From IMG/VR virus record IMGVR_UViG_3300009034_000040, positions 1 to 59,329 of that record: DNA of 59,329 bases; one strand, written 5' to 3'. The notes under the pieces are model-generated. The model searched no databases and was not told where the DNA came from. It saw nothing but the letters and a program-made list of their open reading frames with translations. Below, piece after piece: positions 1 through 9,305 of the stretch. This DNA comes from a virus (lineage: Duplodnaviria; Caudoviricetes). Both the position numbers and the translations under genes were made by a program. Positions within the stretch are counted from its first letter, which is position 1; each line of letters starts with the position of its first letter.

Positions 1-555
1 GTTTCTCATCTATGAATTAAGAACTATGAAGTTGTTGATTACTATGCAAGTAAAGTAAATATTAAGCGCAATCATTAACCCTACTAGAATGTAGATTACA
101 GTATAATCCCTTTCTTTCTTAGATTCTCTATACCCTAAATATACTAATAACCCTAGTAGAACAGGTAGAGAAAACTTAAACAATAAATCAGAGAATTGAA
201 TACCGTGAGTATTGAAATGTTGTAAAATAGGATTAGCTTCCACATGACCTATAGAGAGAACTATGTTTGTAGTAATGACATCCATTACAGTTAGAAATAG
301 GAATATACTAAATAATAGTATTGAAGTAATCTCTAGTTTATTCGTCATTTATCTCTTACTCTAATTAAACTAATTTTCTACAACTGTTTCTAATTTCCAA
401 CCGTAAGCTTTAGCATCCCAATGTGTATTTATTATTTCAGTTACATCCCAGTAGCACCGTGATTGAAATTGTCTATCGGGTTGTGTATGTAGAGGAATTA
501 AATAATCTGCTACATAATAATTCTTTTCAATAAATCCTTGTTTTGTTTCGTTAGA
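1..555. repeat. Terminal direct repeat, left copy (circular or terminally redundant genome)
   Basis: 1-555 matches 58775-59329 except for 27 substitutions clustered at 31-142. Confidence 0.95.
10..348 (-). CDS. Small membrane protein, DUF5658-like
   Basis: Three hydrophobic helices and a D-x-x-T-T...E-A-N-P motif typical of DUF5658. Confidence 0.7.
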   Translation of the reverse strand: MTNKLEITSILLFSIFLFLTVMDVITTNIVLSIGHVEANPILQHFNTHGIQFSDLLFKFSLPVLLGLLVYLGYRESKKERDYTVIYILVGLMIALNIYFTCIVINNFIVLNS

Positions 556-897
556 TAAAACCTTGACTACAACAATTATATTGTGTATAGGTTCCGCTTC
601 TGTATACCACTGGAGCGTATCGGGATTTTGATTAAATATAGAATAGGTTACAGAACCATTCTCCATAGGTTTATTTAATCCTATATGCAATGAAACTTTA
701 ATGTAAACCATAGTATGAGTATCATTCGATACTACCTTTTCGTTGAGATGAAGAATATCAAACCTATCTAACTCTATTAAATCATCTACGCTTGAAGCAC
801 CTGAAAAGATACCACTGATTAATCCTGCACTTAAAGCTAATGCTGCTATACCTACTATGATTATACTCCATTTCTTTTTACTCATTTTTACACCCAA
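370..897 (-). CDS. Membrane-anchored hypothetical protein
   Basis: Basic then hydrophobic N-terminal anchor; own promoter at 917-954. Confidence 0.7.
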   Translation of the reverse strand: MGVKMSKKKWSIIIVGIAALALSAGLISGIFSGASSVDDLIELDRFDILHLNEKVVSNDTHTMVYIKVSLHIGLNKPMENGSVTYSIFNQNPDTLQWYTEAEPIHNIIVVVKVLSNETKQGFIEKNYYVADYLIPLHTQPDRQFQSRCYWDVTEIINTHWDAKAYGWKLETVVEN

Positions 898-916
898 TTA
901 TAATTATCCTTACTAG

Positions 917-954
917 TTAAAAAACCTTTCTCATTTATTGTTTAACAAAGATAC
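917..954 (-). promoter_or_regulatory. Archaeal BRE-TATA promoter with upstream TGT-N3-ACA motif
   Basis: Minus strand GAGAAAGG-TTTTTTAA; plus-strand TTGTTTAACAAAGATAC at 938-954. Confidence 0.65.
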
Positions 955-957
955 ACT

Positions 958-3750
958 TTAACGTTTTTCTTTGTAATTTCTAAGTAACTCTCTTATTCTC
1001 TGATCAAGATTGTAAATTATATCAGCTAGTGATTTCGGTTCTTTCCCTAAACTAAATTCTGCTGAAAGAGAATTATCTGAAGCTCGATAAGTAATATCAA
1101 TCGAATTTATTTTATACGTACTTCCAGTAACCCCAAGTTCATCTAAATCAACTGCTACAGTATTACCAGCCATAGGGTGATAGGTAGTCCAGTCAAGAGT
1201 ATCACTACTAACCTCTAGAGTTATCCGTTCATCTTTAAGAAATGCTAATACAGATTGTGCTCTTGCTTCGCATAAAGCGTCAGCCCATAACAAATCATCA
1301 AATATAACTAATTCTCTTCTTCCATAGGTAGATTGTGAAGTTGTATCTTCAGCAAATCCTCCATCAGTAGCATCTCCTCCCCATCGCTTACCACCAAAAT
1401 ACATCTCGTCAAAATAAGCAGTATAAGTTCCAGCAGCAGCATAAAGCACATAAATTTCTATAAGTGAAATATCGGTCCAATCAAAGTCTGCTCCGATTAA
1501 ATGCCATGAACCTTCATTATCAGCTCCACCTACCAGATGTACTTCTAACCATTCATCAGCATTAGTTACAGGTATAGCTTGAGATTGTGCCCATTTAGTT
1601 CCAGTACCATCATCACTTCTTAAAAATATAGTAAAGTAACTAGGCTTAGTAGCCTCAAAATGTGCTAATAAATAGAAATTTTTATAATCCTCCATAGAGA
1701 AATGTTCCGTAGAAATCAATGGCTTAATAATTCTAAAACCTGTACCTGACGTATTCATAAGTTCCTTGATAGAATAACTACCAACTCTTTTATCTGTACT
1801 CTCAGCCGAGATGGTTGAAGAATCGTTATCATAATAACTCCAGTAACCCCATCCTCCGCTAGGACTTACTTCAAAAACAATAGAATAATTAGCTGTTGTA
1901 AAGGCTCTAACTAAATTAGTAGTAAAGGTTATTTCATCTTCACCACCTGGTCCTGTACCAGCACTAATTGATTCGACTTGTAGAAGTTCCCCTGGCGTTG
2001 CTGAACCATCCTCTAACCATAACCAATCATCAGCAGTAAATTGTGCTCCGTCTCCAGAAGGGATTCTAATTACTGCTTGCGCTGAAGCAGCATTTAAACT
2101 TAATTCACTTTTATTGTAGGGAGTAACCAAATCGGTCCATGTATCTGAATATTCCTGACCATCAGTTTGTAATGGATAAGGTTTGTCTTCTTTACCAAAT
2201 ACCCAGATCTTATTTTTAACTCTAGTAGAATCTTTAAAATATCTATTAAACTGACATTCATCCTGTAAAGTATAGCTCTCAGCCTTAGTTTCCTTAGGAA
2301 AGAATGTAAATTTTCCATCATACTCAATTCTGAAATCATAACCTATAACATCACTAAGATCTGATACTTCTGCTATATATTTTAATATCTCATAAAGTGA
2401 AGTATAAACGTACTCCATCTTAGAAAACGTGGTATCGGTTTCTTTAATTAAATCTAGATAAACATCTCCAGTAGTAGTGTAATCTCTAACCATATTGCTA
2501 ACAAGAGTTAAAGTATTTGTAGATACAGAAGCTACCTGATTGTATTCCCACGTAGCTCCGTCCTCAATCTTTATTAAATCATTAGCAGTAAATTTACTTC
2601 CATCAGTAACCACTAAAGTTTTAGGTGCAGCTCCTATATTCGTATTAGCTCCTATAGGATCGTTTACTCTAGTATGCGTGATTGAACTATAATTATCCAA
2701 CAAATAAGCAACAATAGACTCAGCTTCACCACTCGTCTTCTTATATGAATTATCTGCTGTTCCAACACTAGTAATTAGATCACCATTATATTTTCTAGTC
2801 CAAAACTGATAACCTCTATCTTTCCCTCTAATAATAACAACATTCCTAAAATCCCATTCCTCTAATGAATCCTCATACTGTATCTCCTCGATAATACCTG
2901 TAAATAATCTTGGAGTATTAGCTCCCCTTCCCATATCTAAAGTTATAACTCCTCCATTTGTCAACTGATTCGCTTCAGTAGGATCTAACGCACCATCATA
3001 GCTTGGATTGCCTCTATCTAAAATAATCTCCACATTAGATATCTCTGTTGTAGCACCCAAATGTAAATTCACACCTAAAATTATCTCATCATCAATATCG
3101 GTATCAATCTCTAAGTTTTCTACATAACCATCACACTGATCATTACCATCTCCAGAGTCGTATTGTGTACCAGTAGTTTGTATTACACTATAGCTAGTTA
3201 AAAGATCATCTTCGCCAGTCAAGTCTATCGTAATACTATCCTTTAGTATAGTACGTGCTTTATCCGTATAAATATACACTGTGAAAACATTTGTAACTCT
3301 AGTTATTTTAAGATAATAAATTGTTCCTACATCAAGATCTACTGACGTATCATCCACTACATTATCTGCGTGTGTAAAATATAAATTAAACTCAGTGGTG
3401 GAACTTCCTTTCTCTAATATTACTAAGTAAACTCCTTTACCGGCAGCTACTTTAATTGGAGATCCTGCTGATTCACACACTTGCCATATCATAGTTAAAT
3501 ATTTATTAGCAGCAGTAGCATTAACATCTATCGCATCTAATTCAAAATCCAGTCTATGAATAAAATTCCCACTTACTGTTAAAGTCTTGGATAAATAACA
3601 ATCTTCATTACGTATCATATCAGTCCAAGTAGCTCTAGGAATAGTCTGAGAAAGTTTATTAGTCGTATCCGTCTCTGTCCAAGTAGTGAAATCCATCACT
3701 GAACCTAATGTGAGATCTATCGTAGGTAGAGTTAAAACACCAGTCATCAC
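958..3750 (-). CDS. Large tail tip/baseplate hub protein with probable carbohydrate-binding domains
   Basis: 930 aa, directly after the tape measure gene; hub-like segments (LFTGIIEEI, IRGKD, YDFRIEYDGKFTFF, VKNKIWVFG, SQSTYGRRE); beta-rich inserts. Confidence 0.75.
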   Translation of the reverse strand: MMTGVLTLPTIDLTLGSVMDFTTWTETDTTNKLSQTIPRATWTDMIRNEDCYLSKTLTVSGNFIHRLDFELDAIDVNATAANKYLTMIWQVCESAGSPIKVAAGKGVYLVILEKGSSTTEFNLYFTHADNVVDDTSVDLDVGTIYYLKITRVTNVFTVYIYTDKARTILKDSITIDLTGEDDLLTSYSVIQTTGTQYDSGDGNDQCDGYVENLEIDTDIDDEIILGVNLHLGATTEISNVEIILDRGNPSYDGALDPTEANQLTNGGVITLDMGRGANTPRLFTGIIEEIQYEDSLEEWDFRNVVIIRGKDRGYQFWTRKYNGDLITSVGTADNSYKKTSGEAESIVAYLLDNYSSITHTRVNDPIGANTNIGAAPKTLVVTDGSKFTANDLIKIEDGATWEYNQVASVSTNTLTLVSNMVRDYTTTGDVYLDLIKETDTTFSKMEYVYTSLYEILKYIAEVSDLSDVIGYDFRIEYDGKFTFFPKETKAESYTLQDECQFNRYFKDSTRVKNKIWVFGKEDKPYPLQTDGQEYSDTWTDLVTPYNKSELSLNAASAQAVIRIPSGDGAQFTADDWLWLEDGSATPGELLQVESISAGTGPGGEDEITFTTNLVRAFTTANYSIVFEVSPSGGWGYWSYYDNDSSTISAESTDKRVGSYSIKELMNTSGTGFRIIKPLISTEHFSMEDYKNFYLLAHFEATKPSYFTIFLRSDDGTGTKWAQSQAIPVTNADEWLEVHLVGGADNEGSWHLIGADFDWTDISLIEIYVLYAAAGTYTAYFDEMYFGGKRWGGDATDGGFAEDTTSQSTYGRRELVIFDDLLWADALCEARAQSVLAFLKDERITLEVSSDTLDWTTYHPMAGNTVAVDLDELGVTGSTYKINSIDITYRASDNSLSAEFSLGKEPKSLADIIYNLDQRIRELLRNYKEKR

Positions 3751-3759
3751 ATATAACCT

Positions 3760-4287
3760 CTAAATATGGGTTGCTTCTGCAAACCCACCTCTTGTAATCA
3801 TACGTCTATGAGCAGTAACCCGTCTCTGTGTTAAAGTTCCTTTCTCTAATTCTGTATTATATTCTCTCTGTGCTTGCGCAGCGTTCTGAGTTTGCATTGC
3901 CAACACCGCTACCGCTGCTGCTGCTGCTATCGCAACTCCTACCCCCAGAGTCATCAATGAAACGCTCCAAGTCTTAGCTGTTACAAATCCCCATTCAATA
4001 GCAGTTAAAGCCTTAACGGTAGAAGCAACTGCTGACATTACTCCTATAGCTGTACCGAATACCCCAACTGCTGCTGCTTGCTGACTAGACAATAAACCAG
4101 TAACCCTACCTAACGTAGCAAATGAAGTAGCTAATCCACCAACTCTACCCATAGTTGTAAGAACCGTAGACTTGAACCTATTAAAGTTCTTCTCTACACT
4201 ATCAAATGCTTCTTTAGTCTGATCTCTAGCCTTTATAGCCATCCAAAGTGTCGGTCCTGCTCCTGCCACACCTACAGCTGCCATCAT
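3760..4287 (-). CDS. Very short tape measure protein
   Basis: IKARDQTKEAF N-terminal motif; Ala/Gly-rich hydrophobic helices; position between chaperone/gp10 genes and hub. Start probably MMAAV at ~4287. Confidence 0.65.
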   Translation of the reverse strand: MMAAVGVAGAGPTLWMAIKARDQTKEAFDSVEKNFNRFKSTVLTTMGRVGGLATSFATLGRVTGLLSSQQAAAVGVFGTAIGVMSAVASTVKALTAIEWGFVTAKTWSVSLMTLGVGVAIAAAAAVAVLAMQTQNAAQAQREYNTELEKGTLTQRRVTAHRRMITRGGFAEATHI

Positions 4288-4721
4288 TCCATCTCCTTTC
4301 TCTTCTTCCACCAAAGTTTAATAGCGTTACTAAGTTTTATATGAGCTTCTTTATCTTTAAATTGTTTTAATTTTCCTTTACTTATATTTAATTTACGTTT
4401 TTCAGAGTATTTCCTACCCGTCATGGTTAAACTAATTTGTTTCTTTTGTTCCTCTGTTATAGGAGATTTCGGATTCTCATTATAATATTTTTTCATTATC
4501 CTGCTTTGTTTCCTTCTTAAACAACTCTCAGAATAAGCCTTTTTATTCGCTAATGATATTCTTTGCTTTCTAGCTTCACTTAATTTACTTCCCGTTAAAC
4601 TTCTAGATATCTTCTTTTTAGTTTCATCTGGTAAATGTCTATGACCCTCAATAAATCTTCCACCCTCATCACGCTTCGCTATAACCCTACCTTTCTTCCA
4701 ATATTCATAATTCCAACTCAA
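4284..4721 (-). CDS. NUMOD3-repeat DNA-binding protein (homing-endonuclease-derived; no nuclease domain seen)
   Basis: Repeats HLPDETKKKIS, LSEARKQRIS, ITEEQKKQIS, YSEKRKLNIS. Confidence 0.75.
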   Translation of the reverse strand: MSWNYEYWKKGRVIAKRDEGGRFIEGHRHLPDETKKKISRSLTGSKLSEARKQRISLANKKAYSESCLRRKQSRIMKKYYNENPKSPITEEQKKQISLTMTGRKYSEKRKLNISKGKLKQFKDKEAHIKLSNAIKLWWKKRKEME

Positions 4722-4735
4722 TATTATTATCTCTC

Positions 4736-5131
4736 CTACTCAAACATCTTATTAAGTTTATTAACTATTCTCTTCAATACTCTAAGTACTCCTTCAACTA
4801 CTCTAGGTGTCATTTCTCTTAGATACGTGTTCCAAAAATTTCCCTTCCAAGTCCCGTGTCCTTCAGCTACCCAATAAGCATACTTGGCTAAAGCACCCAT
4901 CTCTAAACCTAAAGGTTTATACGTAGCCAATACATATAGACTTTTCCTTAGATGTCCTGTTCTATCTCTGAATCCTCCAGTAGACTTTAATATTCTTTCT
5001 TCTTTACTTGCTATACGCTGAAATCCTCTATAGAGTCCGTCTTTCATTTCAGGTCCAAACTTCTTTATCGCTGCTCTAAACTCTTCAGCATTCTCAATCT
5101 TAATAGTTAACTCTACATTCATCTCACTCAT
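4736..5131 (-). CDS. HK97 gp10-like tail completion protein
   Basis: DRTGHLRKS and YAYWVAEG motifs. Confidence 0.75.
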   Translation of the reverse strand: MSEMNVELTIKIENAEEFRAAIKKFGPEMKDGLYRGFQRIASKEERILKSTGGFRDRTGHLRKSLYVLATYKPLGLEMGALAKYAYWVAEGHGTWKGNFWNTYLREMTPRVVEGVLRVLKRIVNKLNKMFE

Positions 5132-5424
5132 AGGTTACTACCTCTCTTACCTTTCTCTATTTCTCTCTCCACTTCTTTATCAACTGCTAACTGAACATTC
5201 AATAACCGTTCTATCATTAGATTAGAGTAAGGTTTAATCTTAACTGTTATTCGTCTATCCTTAATCAAACTCCATATCAACTCTCTTAAACTAGGTAATT
5301 CTAATTCTCTACCAAATATATCTCCTAAACTTAAGTTAAGACCTGATTCTCCTGACTTAATCATACGGTAAATAGCTAAGTCTGGATGCCCTACCCCACC
5401 CCTAACTGCCCTTTCAATTTTTTT
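5128..5424 (-). CDS. Tail assembly chaperone, -1 frameshift extension (GT part)
   Basis: The -1 frame from the slippery A-AAA-AAA (5418-5424) is open (KKIERAVRGGVGHPDLAIYR) and runs into ORF 5128..5364. Confidence 0.8.
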   Translation of the reverse strand, partial: KKIERAVRGGVGHPDLAIYRMIKSGESGLNLSLGDIFGRELELPSLRELIWSLIKDRRITVKIKPYSNLMIERLLNVQLAVDKEVEREIEKGKRGSNL

Positions 5425-5753
5425 AATTCTTCTCTATCTTCCACTGAGTAACCATTTACCTTGTCTGCTACAGCCATTAATACTTCACCTAAAGCTGTAG
5501 GTAATCCTTTACTAGTTTCATCCATCAAGTGTTCCAGTGTAATAATCTTAGGTTTCTCTATCAATGTAGCTATTAACATCTTAGCTTGTAGTTCTTTAAG
5601 ATTAACTATGCTCTGTCTAGTAACAGGGTTTACCTTAGTACATTCTGCTGTAAGTCTATTGCTTATTCCCCACGAAATACCTTCAAACAAGTATTTACCC
5701 TTATATTCTTTACCAAATCGTTCATCTAGCTCTATCTCCTTTCTTCTTTCCAC
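5391..5753 (-). CDS. Tail assembly chaperone (G)
   Basis: Follows the tail tube gene; slippery heptamer near its 3' end. Confidence 0.8.
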   Translation of the reverse strand: MERRKEIELDERFGKEYKGKYLFEGISWGISNRLTAECTKVNPVTRQSIVNLKELQAKMLIATLIEKPKIITLEHLMDETSKGLPTALGEVLMAVADKVNGYSVEDREELKKLKGQLGVG

Positions 5754-5907
5754 AACATCAACTCCTTTTACTTAATTAATCTGTTTATTGTGACATTCAA
5801 TCCACTTATCATGATAGAAATTCATCCACTTTCGTAATTCTTTTTTATTCATTGACATCAACTCCTGTTCGCTTAACTATAAATACAGTCGCTATTAACG
5901 ATCTCTC

Positions 5908-6852
5908 TTAATCTGCTGCATTAGTAATACTTAAAGCTGTAGCCTTAAACGGCAAAGTGACCTCGCATGGAAACTCCGTGATTCTAGTAGATAAAACGCT
6001 ATCATCTAATCTGCAACCTGTAAAGTCAAACCTTGAATGATCAGTCTTATGCAAGTCTATCATGATATCTAAAGCGTTGTTCCCTAAGATGTAGTCGTAA
6101 GCAGTTCTGTTCTCAAAGTAAATAGTTATTTCTCCTCCTAAATCTCTAGCTCCTTTAACTATGTACTTCAATAGTTCTGGATTAGTCGCTTGTATTACTG
6201 GTTTTCTAGATAGTTTATTATCTATATCAATCCTTACTCTTTTAACATTAGTTTGACTAGAATCCCCTCCAGCATCTACATCAAAGAATACTTCAGTGTC
6301 AAATCCTGTTAACGGTAGTGCGTAGGGAACAGTAAGGTTCAAAGGATTACTCTCATAAGTAGGAGTACCACTTCCAGGTTTAGCTACACCAGTAACTACG
6401 TTCTGACCAAAGAACTGACCAGTAGCTACCACCCACCCATCTATTAACCACTCCAAAGAAAGCTTATTGAATTGCATTCCTTTATACCACAACGATACGT
6501 AACTAGGGGTTCCTCCGTAAGTATATAGTACATTAAAGCCTAAACCGTAAGTAGGAAATGTATGAGCGTAAGCTAAGAATGTTATCGGGTCAAATGCTGT
6601 AGCTACTGTTCGTTCTCTTTGAACTATCCATTTAAGCGTTAGTTCTGGTTTCTTCATTCCTGTTCTTATAGCATTTATATCTACACTACCTACTCCTCTA
6701 CTACCCATCTTAGAATAACTACTTAGATTACTTACATCCTGTACTATCCCTATCCACTTAAAAGCTGGATTAACAGCTCCACCACCATCACCGTAAGCAA
6801 CTTCAACTGAGTAATATACTTGACAATGTTGAGGTTCTATCACGGTACTCAT
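5908..6852 (-). CDS. Major tail tube protein
   Basis: 314 aa beta-rich; IDIDNKL and GARDLGGEITIYF motifs; gene position. Confidence 0.75.
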   Translation of the reverse strand: MSTVIEPQHCQVYYSVEVAYGDGGGAVNPAFKWIGIVQDVSNLSSYSKMGSRGVGSVDINAIRTGMKKPELTLKWIVQRERTVATAFDPITFLAYAHTFPTYGLGFNVLYTYGGTPSYVSLWYKGMQFNKLSLEWLIDGWVVATGQFFGQNVVTGVAKPGSGTPTYESNPLNLTVPYALPLTGFDTEVFFDVDAGGDSSQTNVKRVRIDIDNKLSRKPVIQATNPELLKYIVKGARDLGGEITIYFENRTAYDYILGNNALDIMIDLHKTDHSRFDFTGCRLDDSVLSTRITEFPCEVTLPFKATALSITNAAD

Positions 6853-6976
6853 TTATTCTTTCCCTCCTCTTCCAGCCATTGTTCAATCTTATTTCTTAAA
6901 TCAGGTTTCATTCTTTCTAGAGTAGTCTTCATCTGTGACCAATCTAGTAACTTCCACCATTTATCTTCTTTCTTAC

Positions 6977-7483
6977 TCAACGATAACACCTTGTTTCAGT
7001 TTCAATAATATGTTTATAAAGGATGGGACGCACAGACGGATCTTCCTCAGAATGATCCCCTGTCGCAATCCAAACATTAATCGAACCAGAAGGAGCACTT
7101 ACCTTAGCTTTTACAAAAGCAAGTACCGCTTCTTTCGCCTTCCACCTAACCAATTCCGGAGTAATAATCTTCTTAGCTGAACCCGTAGTACTATGCTTCT
7201 CCACCACATGAATCGTAATAATTATAGGAGTTCTCTGAACAGTAGTAGCAGTACCTATATATTCCGTAGTTGCTTCTCCACTCTTACAAGTAACAATAAC
7301 ATCATAATCTTGACTACCTCCAAATAAGGCTGTAAGTTTCTCCTTAGCTAAAGTATATGTAACTAGCAAAGTACACGAAGTGCTCCCATCATCTTTGTAA
7401 ATCTCATAGCCAGTAGTTCCAAGTCCTGTACTAGCATTCTTAAGTATACTAACTATAGACTGTAGAGGATCAGTAAGTGACAA
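6977..7483 (-). CDS. Putative tail terminator/completion protein
   Basis: Size and position upstream of the tail tube gene. Confidence 0.5.
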   Translation of the reverse strand: MSLTDPLQSIVSILKNASTGLGTTGYEIYKDDGSTSCTLLVTYTLAKEKLTALFGGSQDYDVIVTCKSGEATTEYIGTATTVQRTPIIITIHVVEKHSTTGSAKKIITPELVRWKAKEAVLAFVKAKVSAPSGSINVWIATGDHSEEDPSVRPILYKHIIETETRCYR

Positions 7484-7522
7484 CTTCTTTTACCTCTGTT
7501 TTTGTTAAAGTCTGCACTCATA

Positions 7523-7894
7523 TCATGCTCCTAAAAATTCAACTCGCTGAAAACATGTAGCTTTATAGTAGTTTCGTTCTCCTCTAAAGAATGCTTCTTC
7601 CACCATTATAACATCGAAGTATTTACTATTCCACAACAGTACATCCTCTTCTGCTACAGCAGACTTCGTTAAAACTACTATAACTTCTAAATCTTTAATA
7701 CCTAACTCAGAATACTCCACTGTTAAAGGCTGACTTCTTACTACAGCAGTAATATCTACTGCTTCTGCCCATTGACTCTCTTTCAAATTAGTTATAGAAT
7801 CTCTACTTGACTCAAAACTATGTACGTAATGCTGAATAGTTTCAGATTGCCCTTTCCGTAGCATTTCATCAAAGTGTGACAACACCAACACCAT
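7523..7894 (-). CDS. Putative head closure (stopper) protein
   Basis: EEDVLLWNSKYFDV pattern resembles SPP1 gp16-type proteins; gene position. Confidence 0.6.
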   Translation of the reverse strand: MVLVLSHFDEMLRKGQSETIQHYVHSFESSRDSITNLKESQWAEAVDITAVVRSQPLTVEYSELGIKDLEVIVVLTKSAVAEEDVLLWNSKYFDVIMVEEAFFRGERNYYKATCFQRVEFLGA

Positions 7895-7924
7895 CCTACG
7901 AATCTATATTAATACCTGTTTATA

Positions 7925-8659
7925 TTAACCATTCTTAACTATCGCTATTCCTAAACTATCTCCTGGGAAATATAACCTTTCTATTTCTTCAATCCTAGCT
8001 AGTAAGTCTACTCGTCTTCTAGCTGGATCAATACCAACCCTTATATCTAACATCCCGTAGTCTCCTGCTCCTATAGGCGTAGTTCCGTGCATTACAGCAT
8101 CTAATACTTTTAATGCTACCTTAAGAGTACACCATTCACCAATTATATCAGTACTGAGATTCCATCCGTAACTATATGTCATCTTAACTTTCTGATAACC
8201 TGTGTAAGGAGTATTCTGGTAGAAATACAAAGCAAATCCTAAATACTGATCAGTCTTAGTATTCCTCTTTAATATTATATAACTATCTCCACTACCTGGT
8301 CCTTCGGTTAAGGCTTCCCAATCCGGTTCTGCTGTATAGTCTGCTGTATTTCTACTTAATGAAGTAATGCTAATTATAGGTAAGTAGGGAGGAATAACAA
8401 CTCTATTAGAAATCTCTGCAAATCGTTTACCAGTAATAGCGTATAACCAAGCAATCGTGTTCTTAGCTGGCCAGTCTAACCTAGCTGGTACATCTACTGT
8501 CTGATCCGTAGCTGTATAACTACCTAAGTTCCTAGCGTCAGCATCAGCTTCTATTTCTGTAATCCAAGTAGCTACTTCTGTTGTGCTAGGACTTGTAGTA
8601 GCATCTATATCGAATTGTATAAGACCCTCAATTTTTGCCTCAGTTACATAAGTTCCCAT
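7925..8659 (-). CDS. Head-tail adaptor protein
   Basis: MGTYVT start, PIISITSL, VKMTYSYGW motifs. Confidence 0.7.
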   Translation of the reverse strand: MGTYVTEAKIEGLIQFDIDATTSPSTTEVATWITEIEADADARNLGSYTATDQTVDVPARLDWPAKNTIAWLYAITGKRFAEISNRVVIPPYLPIISITSLSRNTADYTAEPDWEALTEGPGSGDSYIILKRNTKTDQYLGFALYFYQNTPYTGYQKVKMTYSYGWNLSTDIIGEWCTLKVALKVLDAVMHGTTPIGAGDYGMLDIRVGIDPARRRVDLLARIEEIERLYFPGDSLGIAIVKNG

Positions 8660-8663
8660 TTAA

Positions 8664-9305
8664 TTACCTTCCATAGTTATATAAATCTTTAACTTCTTGA
8701 GCAGATAATACTTTAGTAAAAAGCATTACTTCATCAATAACCCCGTCAAACCAGTGTGTACTCTCATTTCTAGCCCCAATATTCATCCAACTAGATGTAT
8801 CATGTCGTCCTATAATTTGTTGTAAAGGTGTAATGTCATTTGCAGGTTTAATCCAAGCAAATACAGATATTCTATTATGAGGTGCATTAGCGTCACTACC
8901 TTGTCCAGTATGAGAACCATCATTTACCCCATTAAGGTAGAAATCCAATGTTCCTCCTCGTTTATTAGTGAACCCTACAAACTGCCATTCATCTAAAGAA
9001 AGATTAGTGTCTGCTGCAACCCAAGAGGTAACTTGAGCACCTAACTTACCAGTACCAACTGCACCTGGATTAATAGCGAAGTAGAATGAGTTAAAGATTG
9101 ATTCTACCCTTATATAAGCACTTGAACCATCAAAATTTAAAGCCTTACCAAATCCAGATTTACCAGAAACCCATGTAGCATTAGTAATACTACCGTTAGA
9201 ATTAACTCCATGCGTAATACTACCACTACCTTCATCAAAAGGTAAATACAATAATAATCCTTTCTTTAAAGATAATGATGCTCTTCTAATGCTACTCCAT
9301 CTCAA
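8664..9305 (-). CDS. LamG/ConA-like lectin domain virion protein (internally permuted)
   Basis: LYLPFDEGSG, GKALNFDG, YLNG, FDGVIDEV, LSAQEVKDLY; internal blocks out of the usual order. Confidence 0.85.
   Translation of the reverse strand: MRWSSIRRASLSLKKGLLLYLPFDEGSGSITHGVNSNGSITNATWVSGKSGFGKALNFDGSSAYIRVESIFNSFYFAINPGAVGTGKLGAQVTSWVAADTNLSLDEWQFVGFTNKRGGTLDFYLNGVNDGSHTGQGSDANAPHNRISVFAWIKPANDITPLQQIIGRHDTSSWMNIGARNESTHWFDGVIDEVMLFTKVLSAQEVKDLYNYGR

Noticed and set aside
1-555. Diversity-generating retroelement (TR/VR pair)
   Set aside because: Mismatches include C/T, G/A, C/G and others rather than adenine-specific changes, and no reverse transcriptase is present.
2100-2339. Nested ORF in the hub gene
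   Set aside because: Alternative-frame ORF with no motif or SD support.
3745-3785. Intron or readthrough fusing TMP to the in-frame hub gene
   Set aside because: The candidate central helix has a mismatch, a 26-nt removal would shift the frame, and the hub gene has its own GAGGT SD.
4284-4721. Active homing endonuclease or group I intron
   Set aside because: Only NUMOD3 repeats; no GIY-YIG or HNH domain, and the flanking genes are not interrupted.
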